NCBI GenBank assembly: GCA_964587725.1
Contig: CAZPLO010000003.1
Span: 1,135-65,134 of the forward strand
Source: an uncultured archaeon
GTDB lineage: Archaea > Altiarchaeota > Altiarchaeia > IMC4 > SCGC-AAA252-I15
Reading direction: 5' to 3'
Length of the DNA stretch: 64,000 nucleotides
Shown: positions 16,630 to 25,820 of the stretch, piece after piece
Layout: each line of letters opens with the position of its first letter
Position numbering within the stretch: the first letter of the stretch is position 1
The notes under the pieces: generated by a model
What the model was told of the DNA's origin: nothing
The model's input: the letters and a program-made list of their open reading frames with translations, nothing else
Database searches by the model: none
Translations under genes and position numbers: made by a program

Positions 16630-17907
16630 ATGGCCGAACCAAAAGCGAAGGACCTGATAAAGAAGCTGGACGAAACACCGAAGCCTAAGGTGACGAAGAC
16701 CTGCCTCGCCTACTCCGGCGGACTCGACTCCGCACTGGGCGTGGAGTTCCTGAGGAGAACATACGGCGCCGAAGAAATCGTGCCTGTGATGCTCGACGTC
16801 GGGCAGGGCGACGAGGAAATGGAGGGCGCAGTCGAACGCGCAGAGAAACTAGGCATAAAGCCGATAACCATAGACGTGAAGGACGAGTTCACCGAAGTGT
16901 GGCTGCCGAAGGCGATTAAGGCCAACAGCGACTACAACGGCTACCCGGTGTCGACGTCGATGACCAGGCAGCTCGTCGCCGCCGTAGTGGCGGAGCAGGC
17001 GGTGAAGCACGGCTGCGACTCCGTACTGGAAGGCTGCACAGGAAAAGGCAACGACCAGTTCCGGATGCACAACGTCATCACATTCCTGGCGCCCGGCCTC
17101 CACATACTTCAGCCGGTCCGCGACTTCGACCTCACCCGCGGAGAAGAAGAAATACTGGTGAAGGAGTGGGGCGTCCCCACCAGCGAGAAAATCGCGGGCG
17201 GAGACGACAAGACCATGTGGTGCCGCAGCATAGCGTCCGGTGCGGTGGACCTGAACCAGGAGCTGCCCGAGGACATTTGGATGTGGCTGACGCCGCCCGA
17301 GAAGGCTCCGGACAAGCCGGAGATAATCGAGCTCGAATTCGAACAAGGCGTTCCCGTGTCCATGAACGGGAAGGAGATGAAGCTCGGCGACCTGGTGATG
17401 GGGTTGAACGTCGTCGCAGGCCGCAACGGCATCGGCAAGATAGACATGTTCGAAGACGGCATCATGGACATGAAGAGCCGTGAAATCTACGAGGCGCCAG
17501 CGGCTCACGTGATACTGAAACTGCACAAGGACCTGGAGCAGTGGTGCCAGACAAAGCACGAGATACAGTTCAAGAAGATGGTGGACGCCCGCTGGGCCTA
17601 CATGGTCTACCACGGCGAATGGTACCACCCATTGAAGGCCGATTTGGACGCGTTCATTGACAAGAGCCAGGAGCACGTCAGCGGCAAATACAAGGCGAAG
17701 CTTTACAAGGGCAACATCGACATACTGGAGCGGCACTCCGACTCCGGGCTGTTCAACAAGGAGATGCGCTCCATCAAAACGCGCGGCTACAACCAGCAGT
17801 GGGCGATAGGCGCCACCAAGATAGCCGGGCTGCCGTGGATGATTATGGCGAAGGCCGGCAGAACCTCGAAGGCTACGTCGACCGAGCCCGAACCATCCCC
17901 TGCTTAG
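16630..17907 (+). CDS. Argininosuccinate synthase-family paralog (N-type ATP pyrophosphatase), divergent from canonical ArgG
   Basis: PP-loop AYSGGLDSA, plus GCTGKGNDQFRMH and MKSREIYEAP. 425 aa. Confidence 0.6.
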   Translation: MAEPKAKDLIKKLDETPKPKVTKTCLAYSGGLDSALGVEFLRRTYGAEEIVPVMLDVGQGDEEMEGAVERAEKLGIKPITIDVKDEFTEVWLPKAIKANSDYNGYPVSTSMTRQLVAAVVAEQAVKHGCDSVLEGCTGKGNDQFRMHNVITFLAPGLHILQPVRDFDLTRGEEEILVKEWGVPTSEKIAGGDDKTMWCRSIASGAVDLNQELPEDIWMWLTPPEKAPDKPEIIELEFEQGVPVSMNGKEMKLGDLVMGLNVVAGRNGIGKIDMFEDGIMDMKSREIYEAPAAHVILKLHKDLEQWCQTKHEIQFKKMVDARWAYMVYHGEWYHPLKADLDAFIDKSQEHVSGKYKAKLYKGNIDILERHSDSGLFNKEMRSIKTRGYNQQWAIGATKIAGLPWMIMAKAGRTSKATSTEPEPSPA

Positions 17908-17975
17908 ACCCTGGAGGCGGGCCCGGCGGCCCGCCCATTCTTAATTTAAAGCTCACATATTAGAAGGTACACACG

Positions 17976-19481
17976 ATGGCGAAACTATGGGGAGGACGGT
18001 TCCAGAAGGACTGGAGCGAGAACGTGGAAGACTACCTGCAGTCCGTGGAAGTCGACCGCGAAATGGTGCTGGAGGATATCTGGGGGAGCGAAGCCCACGC
18101 CATCATGCTGGCGAAACAGGACATCATCTCCAACACCGACTTGAAGAAGATACTCACCTGGCTGGAAAAGGCCCGCCAGGATTATATCAGCGGGAAATTC
18201 GTCCTCAGCAAGGGGGACGAGGACGTCCACATGAACGTGGAAAAATACGTGATAAAAGGCGCCGGGCCGGAATACGGCGGCAAACTCCACACGGCGCGGA
18301 GCCGCAACGACCAGGTTCTGACCGACGCCCGCCTCCACATACGGTGGAAGATACTGGACGTGAAGAAGAAGGTAATCGCGTTGCAGAAGGTGTTCCTGAA
18401 GATAGCGGACGGCAACCTGGAGACGGTGATACCCGGGTACACGCACACCCAGGACGCGATGCCCGTGACACTGGCTTTCTGGGCGACCGCGTACGTGAGC
18501 CTGCTGATGCGGGACCTCCGCCGCCTCGACAACGCATACGAGATAGTGGACTTGAACCCGCTGGGCTCCTGCGCCTTGGCGGGGACGTCGTTTAACATCG
18601 ACCGCCGGATGACCGCCAAGCTGCTGGGCTTCAGCGGAGTCCACGTACACAGTCTCGACGTAATAAGCTCCCGCGACTTCATAGCGGAAACCCTCTGCGC
18701 ATTGGCGCTGCTGATGAGCAACCTGAGCAAGCTGGCGGAGGAGATGGTGTACTGGAGCACCTACGAGTTCGGAATCCTCGAACTCGACGACGCATACACT
18801 GCAGGCTCATCTATTATGCCGCAGAAGAAGAACCCCTGCGTGGCGGAGCTGGCCCGGGGTCGCACCGGCCGCGTATACGGCTCATTGATGCAGCTTTTGA
18901 CGATGATGAAGGGCATACCCATGGGCTACAACCGCGACCTCCAGGAGGACAAGCCGCCGCTGTGGAATGCGCTGAAGGTTGTTGAGTCCACGCTCTCGAC
19001 GACCACCGGCATGATTGAGACGATGAAGGTGAACGAGGAACGGCTGGCGGAGCTGTCGGGGGCGAACTTCACCACGGCCACGGAACTCGCCAACCATTTG
19101 GTCCGGGAGCACGGGCTGAGCTTCCGCGAATGCCACCACATAGTCGGCAACCTCGTCGGCGAACTCCACCGGAAGGGCAAGAACTTCATGGAATTCGACG
19201 AAGTCCATGCCATACTGAAAAACCACGGCGTGGAGGTCAGCTTCGACGAGATGCGCACGGTATTCGACCCACGCAAGAACATCCACACCTACCGGAGCCT
19301 CGGCAGCACCTCCCCCAAGGAGGTTGCTAAGATGATAAAGGGCTTCAAGAAGCAGACGGCGGCGAACGTGCGGAAGATTAAGGCTCAGGAGAACCGCATC
19401 GGGAAGGCGGAGAAGAAGACCCAGGCCATCGTCAGGGCCGTGTTGGGCGGCAAAGACATAAGCAAGGTACAGGTAAAATGA
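17976..19481 (+). CDS. argH: Argininosuccinate lyase
   Basis: Fumarate-lyase signature [11 protein letters not shown] and [11 protein letters not shown]. 501 aa with a basic C-terminal extension. Confidence 0.85.
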   Translation: MAKLWGGRFQKDWSENVEDYLQSVEVDREMVLEDIWGSEAHAIMLAKQDIISNTDLKKILTWLEKARQDYISGKFVLSKGDEDVHMNVEKYVIKGAGPEYGGKLHTARSRNDQVLTDARLHIRWKILDVKKKVIALQKVFLKIADGNLETVIPGYTHTQDAMPVTLAFWATAYVSLLMRDLRRLDNAYEIVDLNPLGSCALAGTSFNIDRRMTAKLLGFSGVHVHSLDVISSRDFIAETLCALALLMSNLSKLAEEMVYWSTYEFGILELDDAYTAGSSIMPQKKNPCVAELARGRTGRVYGSLMQLLTMMKGIPMGYNRDLQEDKPPLWNALKVVESTLSTTTGMIETMKVNEERLAELSGANFTTATELANHLVREHGLSFRECHHIVGNLVGELHRKGKNFMEFDEVHAILKNHGVEVSFDEMRTVFDPRKNIHTYRSLGSTSPKEVAKMIKGFKKQTAANVRKIKAQENRIGKAEKKTQAIVRAVLGGKDISKVQVK

Positions 19482-20692
19482 AGAAGAAGATTGTGTTAGC
19501 GTACTCTGGCGGACTGGACACCAGCGTGATACTGAAGTGGCTGATAGACAAAGACTACGACGTCGTAGCGTATATCGCAGACGTAGGTCAGAACGAAGAC
19601 TACGAGGCCGCCAAGAAGAAGGCCCTCCAGATAGGCGCATCCAAGGTGTACATAGAAGACCTCAAGGAAGAGTTCGTCAAAGACTTCATATACCGTGCGT
19701 TGAAGGCTAACGCAATCTACGAGGGCAAGTACCTGCTCGGCACCTCCATAGCGCGGCCGCTGATTGCGAAGCGGCAGATAGAGATTGCGCGGAAGGAAAA
19801 GACGAACGTGGTCGGCCACGGCGCCACCGGCAAAGGAAACGACCAGGTCCGCTTCGAATTAACCTATATGGCGTTGATGCCGGACGTGGAGATTTTCGCG
19901 CCGTGGAAGGACGAGGAGTTTCTGTCCCAGTTCCAGGGCCGCAGCGACATGATAAAGTATGCGGAGGAAAAAGGCATCCCTGTGGAGGCGACTTTGAAGA
20001 AACCATACAGTTCGGACGAGAACGTCATGCACAAGAGCTATGAGGCGGGCGTGCTGGAGGAGCCGGGGAAGCCGCCGTCTGAGGACATGTTCACCATGAC
20101 CGTGTCGCCGAAGGACGCGCCGGACAAGGAGGCCATGGTCTCCGTAACCTTTGAGAAGGGTGTGCCGGTGAAGGTGGAATGCAACGGGGAGGTGAAATCC
20201 AAGCCCCTGGACATACTCCTGTTCCTGAACAAAATCGCGGGCGAGAACGGCGTAGGCCGCATCGACCTGGTGGAGAACCGTTTCGTGGGCATGAAAAGCC
20301 GCGGCGTATATGAAACGCCGGGGTACACGGTGTTGCGTGCGGCGCACCTGGATTTGGAGGGGCTGACCATGGACCGCGAAGTCGTGCACCTCCGCGACAC
20401 GCTTACGCCGAAGATTTCAGAGCTCATGTACTACGGATTCTGGTATGCGCCGGAGATGGACTTCCTGATGGCGGCGGTTGAAAAGAGCCAGGAGCACGTG
20501 TCCGGCACAGTACACCTCAGCATCTACAAAGGCAACGTGATGGTGAAGTCCCGGGAGTCCCAGGAGAGCCTCTACGACCACGACGTCGCCAGCATGGACG
20601 TCCACGGAGGATACGACCAGAAAGACGCGAAAGGCTTCATAAAACTGAATGCGCTGCGGCTCCGCACGTGGGCGACCAAACACGGTAGATAG
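19478..20692 (+). CDS. argG: Argininosuccinate synthase (canonical)
   Basis: [22 protein letters not shown] and [17 protein letters not shown]. The ATG overlaps the argH stop (ATGA). Confidence 0.9.
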   Translation: MKKKIVLAYSGGLDTSVILKWLIDKDYDVVAYIADVGQNEDYEAAKKKALQIGASKVYIEDLKEEFVKDFIYRALKANAIYEGKYLLGTSIARPLIAKRQIEIARKEKTNVVGHGATGKGNDQVRFELTYMALMPDVEIFAPWKDEEFLSQFQGRSDMIKYAEEKGIPVEATLKKPYSSDENVMHKSYEAGVLEEPGKPPSEDMFTMTVSPKDAPDKEAMVSVTFEKGVPVKVECNGEVKSKPLDILLFLNKIAGENGVGRIDLVENRFVGMKSRGVYETPGYTVLRAAHLDLEGLTMDREVVHLRDTLTPKISELMYYGFWYAPEMDFLMAAVEKSQEHVSGTVHLSIYKGNVMVKSRESQESLYDHDVASMDVHGGYDQKDAKGFIKLNALRLRTWATKHGR

Positions 20693-20693
20693 T

Positions 20694-21764
20694 TCAGTTC
20701 CCCAGTTCGTGGCGGAGCGGCTTGGATATCCTGTCATCCAACCCCAGCAGGAAACGCTCCACCCTCTCCGACTTCGTCATCCGCTCGAAGTGTTTCTCCT
20801 CAGGTTCAACATCCACGCCGGACCTTATGAGTTCCGCAGCCTTCACCCCTGCAGGGGTCATGGTCTTCACAGTGTCGCTGCTGGAGGCGGCATCGGCGAG
20901 CGGCTGCAGGAGATGGTAGTGGCGGAGGTCTCCTATGAATTCAACGGCGTTGGGGATCCAAACAGCCAGTTCCGTGAGAAGCCTGAACTCTTTGTCGCCA
21001 CACCAAAAATGTGGCCGGTGGTTCGCCAGCTCTGCTTCCGTAGCGTCGTCGAACCTGTGTCCCCACTTGTACTTGGGGAATAATCCCCGAACGGTAGTCT
21101 CATAGGTGAGGGTGTGAGACTTGGATGTGGAGACCCTGTGGGGGTTGTCTCTCATGTAAAGGTCGTTGGTATAGTCTAACCTAATCCTGTCGTCCAGCAT
21201 GTCCCTGACGCCGTCGTAGGGGTCCACCATTTCCCCCGTATTCAGCATTCCCACGTAGTCGAACGTATACTGTGCCGCCATGATGTGTTTCCTGAACGCC
21301 CACCTGCCGTCGTCCGTCTTGGAGAGGAAGTGGGGGGAGCTAAGGTGCATCCTGTCCGCCAGCGGCTGGCCTCTGTAGTCTCCCTCAAAAACGCTCCTGT
21401 TGTTGACTATTATGTCCATGAAGACGTCTTCGTGCATCCCCAGCTGCCTGGCCCCGTTTGGCCTGCCCACGGCAACGTCTATGTCTCCTAACTGGCTCTC
21501 AAAACCCATTATGAGGTTGCGTATGCTGCTGCCGGCTATCCCGAACATCCAACCCTCCACCGTCCTTGAACGCAGGAGGAATTCTCTGACCGCGCAGTCC
21601 GGAAGGTCCCCCTCCACGTCGACTTTAACGTCCCTGGCGGCTCTGCCTTCCCCGAAGGCCTTACGGAGCATGTCGCCGAACGGGTTTCTCTCAAACTCTC
21701 GGACGGTAAGTCCATCCTTCAGAAAACTCAGTTGCCTATGGTTTGGCTCCCGCTCTACAGGCAT
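20694..21764 (-). CDS. Pol-beta superfamily nucleotidyltransferase-domain protein of unknown function
   Basis: GSSIRNLIMGFESQLGDIDVAV (GS..x..DxD NTase motif). A downstream VDPYDGVRDMLDDRIRL resembles the DPxxGxxDL..R motif of the class II CCA/PAP neck. Confidence 0.4.
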   Translation of the reverse strand: MPVEREPNHRQLSFLKDGLTVREFERNPFGDMLRKAFGEGRAARDVKVDVEGDLPDCAVREFLLRSRTVEGWMFGIAGSSIRNLIMGFESQLGDIDVAVGRPNGARQLGMHEDVFMDIIVNNRSVFEGDYRGQPLADRMHLSSPHFLSKTDDGRWAFRKHIMAAQYTFDYVGMLNTGEMVDPYDGVRDMLDDRIRLDYTNDLYMRDNPHRVSTSKSHTLTYETTVRGLFPKYKWGHRFDDATEAELANHRPHFWCGDKEFRLLTELAVWIPNAVEFIGDLRHYHLLQPLADAASSSDTVKTMTPAGVKAAELIRSGVDVEPEEKHFERMTKSERVERFLLGLDDRISKPLRHELGN

Positions 21765-21793
21765 AGGATACTATGCGAAGGATAAAGTATTAA

Positions 21794-22378
21794 CTACTCT
21801 TCGTCGTCTGTTTCCTCGTACATGACGCAGCCTTCGTCTGAGATGCAGCGTTCGTCGTCTGTGCAGGAGCGTATCACGTTCTGGGTCTGGGTGACCTTGC
21901 AGCAGCCGTCATCGCAGAACGGCTGGATGTAGTTGCGGTACATCTTCTCGGTGCCCTGGATGCTCCGGCACCGGGTGACGTTCTCATAGTGTGCCGCGCC
22001 GCAGTCTTCGTCTGACGTGCAGGCTTCGCAGGTCGGCACATACAGTGTGGTGGTGGTCACGTTCGCGCCGCCGAACCCGCAGGATGCGAGGCACTGGACG
22101 CAGTCACATCTCCTGTATGGGTTGACTGTCACGTCGTCGCATTCGCAGGGCGGGCACACCACACGCGTGCTCCCGTTACCGCCCTCTATGACCGGGCACT
22201 CGGAAAGCCTGTCCTTGACTGTTCCGTCCGCGCAGACGTATTTCTGAACCACCTTGTCCACCACCATGGTGTCGCCGCCGGGCTTAAGAAACCATATGGT
22301 GCCTCCGCCGAATATGATACCCAAGAGTATGCCTATGGCAATCAGCACCGCAACCAGCATAATCTCCACGCGGGTCAT
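21794..22378 (-). CDS. Membrane-anchored Cys-rich extracellular protein (26 Cys in about 150 aa)
   Basis: N-terminal TM, then CPPCECDD, CDCVQCLASC, CEACTSDEDC and CDDGCC patterns. Confidence 0.4.
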   Translation of the reverse strand: MTRVEIMLVAVLIAIGILLGIIFGGGTIWFLKPGGDTMVVDKVVQKYVCADGTVKDRLSECPVIEGGNGSTRVVCPPCECDDVTVNPYRRCDCVQCLASCGFGGANVTTTTLYVPTCEACTSDEDCGAAHYENVTRCRSIQGTEKMYRNYIQPFCDDGCCKVTQTQNVIRSCTDDERCISDEGCVMYEETDDEE

Positions 22379-22431
22379 ACTTCATAGATATAAGCCTCAA
22401 CCCTTAAAAACGTTGGATACAGTATGGTAAT

Positions 22432-23136
22432 GTGGACCAAAGACTCATAGCGGCGGCGGGCGTTTTAACGGTTTTGGCCGCGCTTTTATTGGCGTCCACA
22501 CACAATCCTACTGGAGGTGGCAGAGTGGCTGAGACACCGGAAACCGATGTGGTGGAATTGTCGGAGCCCTCCACGGGGGGCATTTCCGTCGAGGCTGCGC
22601 TGGCGGAAAGGAGGTCTAGAAGAGAGTATAAGGATCAGCCGCTGACGCTGGAGCAGCTGTCGCAGCTATTGTGGGCCGCGCAGGGGGAGACCAGTCAGTG
22701 GGGCGGCCGCACCGCCCCGTCCGCGGGCGCAACCTACCCGCTGGAACTCTACGCGGTCGTCGGCGACGTGGAAGGACTTCAGCCGGGGGTGTACCGTCAC
22801 ATCCCGTCGGAACACCGGATGGTGAAGACCGTGGACGGCGACGTCCGTGAAGACCTGGCTGCGGCGGCGCTGGGGCAGGAGTTTGTGGCCGAAGCCCCGG
22901 TCGTGTTCGTCATCGCGGCGGTGTATGAACGCACAACGCAGCGTTACGGAGACCGCGGCATAATGTACGTGCACATGGAGGCCGGCCACGCAGGCCAAAA
23001 CATATACCTGCAGGCGGAGTCGCTGGGCCTCGGCACCGTGGCGGTGGGCGCATTCAACCTGGAACAGGTGAGTGGGCTGCTTCAGCTGCCCGACGGCCAG
23101 GAGCCCGTGTATTTATTCCCCGCCGGCGTAGTGTAA
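22432..23136 (+). CDS. SagB-type dehydrogenase / nitroreductase-fold protein with N-terminal membrane anchor
   Basis: RRSRREY, GGRTAPSAGATYPLELY and FVIAAVYERT, typical of the SagB/ThcOx nitroreductase family. Confidence 0.55.
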   Translation: MDQRLIAAAGVLTVLAALLLASTHNPTGGGRVAETPETDVVELSEPSTGGISVEAALAERRSRREYKDQPLTLEQLSQLLWAAQGETSQWGGRTAPSAGATYPLELYAVVGDVEGLQPGVYRHIPSEHRMVKTVDGDVREDLAAAALGQEFVAEAPVVFVIAAVYERTTQRYGDRGIMYVHMEAGHAGQNIYLQAESLGLGTVAVGAFNLEQVSGLLQLPDGQEPVYLFPAGVV

Positions 23137-23139
23137 GGG

Positions 23140-23469
23140 ATGCGTATCTGGGATTTGCCTCCGGAACGGCTGTGCAGGAGCCACCTGCTGGGCGAACACC
23201 GTGAACTCCATGCACTCTGGACGATACTAACAGAGGACAAAAAGGGTTACCGTTGTCACCCGGAGACCAGGCGGTGGGTGGGGAAGCTGAAGGCGCTGCA
23301 CAACCGCCACCGCCTGTTAGCCGAGGAGATGATGTTACGGGGGTACCGGCACAAAAGCCCATTGGATGAGTCGCTCGCTGCGGGAGAACCGGTTCAGACG
23401 GAGTACGTGGACACCGTGGAGGAGCAGGTGAAGAAACTCCGCATGAAAGGCTGCGGCTGCAGGGTCTGA
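23140..23469 (+). CDS. Pyrimidine-dimer DNA glycosylase-like (T4 EndoV/DenV family) small protein
   Basis: MRIWDLPPERLCRSHLLGEHRELHALW matches the N-terminal catalytic region pattern of the family. Confidence 0.45.
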   Translation: MRIWDLPPERLCRSHLLGEHRELHALWTILTEDKKGYRCHPETRRWVGKLKALHNRHRLLAEEMMLRGYRHKSPLDESLAAGEPVQTEYVDTVEEQVKKLRMKGCGCRV

Positions 23470-23500
23470 TTATTTATTGTCTCCATCGTAATCTGTGTCA

Positions 23501-25117
23501 ATGCTTCAGGAGCTCGTGTTCGGGGTGTTCGGGGGATTGGGCCTGTTCATCTACGGCATCCACGCGATGAGCTCCGGCATGCAGAAGGTGGCGGGCGACC
23601 GCCTCCGCTCCATCATAGCGAAGTTCACCAGCAACCGTTTCATGGGCGTACTCGTCGGCGCCGGAACAACCTCTGTCATTCAGAGCAGCAGCATCACCAC
23701 CGTCACCGTCGTAGGCTTCATAAACGCGGGGCTGATGACGCTGACCCAGGGTATAGGCGTCATAATGGGCGCCAACATAGGAACCACCATCACCGCCCAG
23801 CTGATAGCATTCAGGCTCACCGACTACGCCCTCCCAATAGTCGGATTGGGGAGCCTGCTGTTCGTTCTCGGCAGGAGCAAGAGGCAGAGGGACCTGGGGG
23901 AGGCGGTGTTCGGCTTCGGCATACTGTTCCTGGGGTTGAGCATCATGACCGGCGTCACCAAGCCCCTGGGGGGTACGCCGATGGTCCACACACTGTTCGC
24001 GTCGCTGCAGGGCAGCCCGCTGCTGGCGCTGCTCGCCGGCCTGCTGGTGACGATGATGGTTCAGAGCAGCAGCGTCACCGTCGGCCTAACCATAGCCCTG
24101 GCCGCGGCCGGCCTGCTGGATTTGAGGACGTCCATCTTCATAATATTCGGCGACAACATAGGAACCTGCATCACGGCGTTGATTGCGAGCGTTGGCACCA
24201 ACCTGTCGGCGAAGAGGGCGGCGCTCGCCCACGTCATGTTCAACGTCCTGGGCGTCTGCATGGCCTTCATACTGCTGCCGGTCTACTACTCTGTGGTAAC
24301 CTCCTTTTCCGGAGACATCGCCCGTCAGATAGCCAACACCCACACCCTGTTCAACGTCGTAAACACCATGATATTCCTGCCCTTCGTTCCCTTCTTCGCG
24401 GCCATGCTCAAGCGGGTTCTCCCCGGCGAGGACGTGGCGGACGTGATGAAGCCCAGGCACCTGGACCGGCACCTGCTGTCTACGCCCACGGTCGCAATCG
24501 AGGCGGCGAGGAAGGAGCTGGTGCACATGACGTCGATGGTGCGCTCCATGTTCGACCAGACCATGGAGTCGTTTTTCGACGGCGGAGACTCCCTGATGAA
24601 GAAGGTGGTTAAGACGGAGGTGGGGGTGGACTCCCTCCAGGATGCCGTAACCCACTACCTGGTGGACTTGACCCAGGAGGAACTGTCTGTGCAGCAGTCT
24701 GAACGCATTCCCCGTCTACTGCACAGCGTCAACGACCTGGAGCGCATAGGAGACCACGCCGTGAATCTGATGGAGCTGGTGGAGGACAAGAACACCAGCA
24801 GGTGCGTGTTCTCCGACAAGGCCAGGGAGGAGCTGCGGAGACTGCAGACGGTGCTGTCGGAGATGTTCGACGACACCGTGTTGACTCTGGGGGAAGACGA
24901 CATCCAGGCCGCCCGCCGCGTGCTGGTGAACGAGGAGGAAGTGAACGCACTCACTTTAAAGTTCAGGGACAACCACGTGAAACGCCTGGAGTGCAGGGAA
25001 TGCAACATCAACGCCGGCGTAATCTACACCGACATACTCATGAACCTGGAGAAAATCGGAGACCACCTGTCCAACATCGCCCAGGCCACCCTCGGGTCCC
25101 TGGGCATAAGAACCTAA
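23501..25117 (+). CDS. Na+/phosphate symporter (NptA family) with C-terminal PhoU-like domains
   Basis: Duplicated Na/Pi transporter repeats (GANIGTTITAQL / GDNIGTCITALI) and a C-terminal PhoU-like helical domain. The track start at 23495 is GTG; ATG at 23501. Confidence 0.8.
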   Translation: MLQELVFGVFGGLGLFIYGIHAMSSGMQKVAGDRLRSIIAKFTSNRFMGVLVGAGTTSVIQSSSITTVTVVGFINAGLMTLTQGIGVIMGANIGTTITAQLIAFRLTDYALPIVGLGSLLFVLGRSKRQRDLGEAVFGFGILFLGLSIMTGVTKPLGGTPMVHTLFASLQGSPLLALLAGLLVTMMVQSSSVTVGLTIALAAAGLLDLRTSIFIIFGDNIGTCITALIASVGTNLSAKRAALAHVMFNVLGVCMAFILLPVYYSVVTSFSGDIARQIANTHTLFNVVNTMIFLPFVPFFAAMLKRVLPGEDVADVMKPRHLDRHLLSTPTVAIEAARKELVHMTSMVRSMFDQTMESFFDGGDSLMKKVVKTEVGVDSLQDAVTHYLVDLTQEELSVQQSERIPRLLHSVNDLERIGDHAVNLMELVEDKNTSRCVFSDKAREELRRLQTVLSEMFDDTVLTLGEDDIQAARRVLVNEEEVNALTLKFRDNHVKRLECRECNINAGVIYTDILMNLEKIGDHLSNIAQATLGSLGIRT

Positions 25118-25138
25118 ACCAGCCGTATGCTGTCCAGG
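25106..25138. repeat. 33-bp direct repeat copy 1 (ATAAGAACCTAAACCAGCCGTATGCTGTCCAGG), covering the nptA stop
   Basis: Identical to 25788-25820. Confidence 0.8.
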
Positions 25139-25209
25139 GGCTACCGACATAGCATGGACGAGTCCCTAGCCATACCATGTCACATCCAACATCGTTTCTC
25201 TGTGGTTGG

Positions 25210-25479
25210 TTATTTGTATGATTTGTACCATCGTTCGTATTCTTTGTGGTTTTGGAAGCAGCGTATTATGTGTGTAGTTTCGCCTTCGTGGTGGTAGATT
25301 ATTCTAGCCTGTCTGGTGACTTTTTCGACGTGGTGGGGTATTCCGTGTCTCATGTGTCGTCTCGGAGGCATGGACTGGATTTTTTCGAAGTGTTTAAGGA
25401 AAATCTGTTTCAGGTCCGGGGGCATTGCCTTAAGCTGTTTCTTGGCTGTTTCAGAGAACAGTAACGCCATCCTATCCAT
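25210..25479 (-). CDS. parE: Type II toxin, RelE/ParE family
   Basis: TAKKQLKAMPPDLKQIFLKHFEKIQSMP...ARIIYHHEGETTHIIRCFQNHKEY matches the ParE/RelE fold signature. Overlaps the antitoxin stop. Confidence 0.65.
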   Translation of the reverse strand: MDRMALLFSETAKKQLKAMPPDLKQIFLKHFEKIQSMPPRRHMRHGIPHHVEKVTRQARIIYHHEGETTHIIRCFQNHKEYERWYKSYK

Positions 25480-25717
25480 TGAGTTCGTCCCTTACTTCGT
25501 CGAGGGTGTATGTCTTAACCCTGCCGGCTCTTATCTCGTCCATCTCCACTTCAACGGCTTTGTGGACCAGCCTTAACTCCTCCTCCTCGAGCATTCTGTC
25601 GTAGGCGGTTATCGCCTGCCTAATAACCTCTGTCTGGTTGCCGGCGTATCCCTTCTCGATAATCCTCTGGATGGCCGACTCATACGGTGCACCCAAATTG
25701 ACGTTCAATGCAATCAC
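25472..25717 (-). CDS. parD: Type II antitoxin, ParD/ribbon-helix-helix-like
   Basis: 81 aa, MIALNVNLGAPYESAIQRIIEKGYAGNQTEVIRQAITAYDRMLEEEE. Lies upstream of the toxin with an 8-nt overlap. Confidence 0.55.
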   Translation of the reverse strand: MIALNVNLGAPYESAIQRIIEKGYAGNQTEVIRQAITAYDRMLEEEELRLVHKAVEVEMDEIRAGRVKTYTLDEVRDELNG

Positions 25718-25787
25718 CTATGTATACTCAATGTGCATTCAACTATATAAATAATGTGTATCTGTTCACTTGCACCTGATTCATAGG

Positions 25788-25820
25788 ATAAGAACCTAAA
25801 CCAGCCGTATGCTGTCCAGG
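25788..25820. repeat. 33-bp direct repeat copy 2, covering the aCPSF1 stop
   Basis: Identical to 25106-25138. Confidence 0.8.

Noticed and set aside
16849-17736. 295-aa minus-strand ORF
   Set aside because: Antisense to the argG-like gene, which has unambiguous PP-loop motifs.
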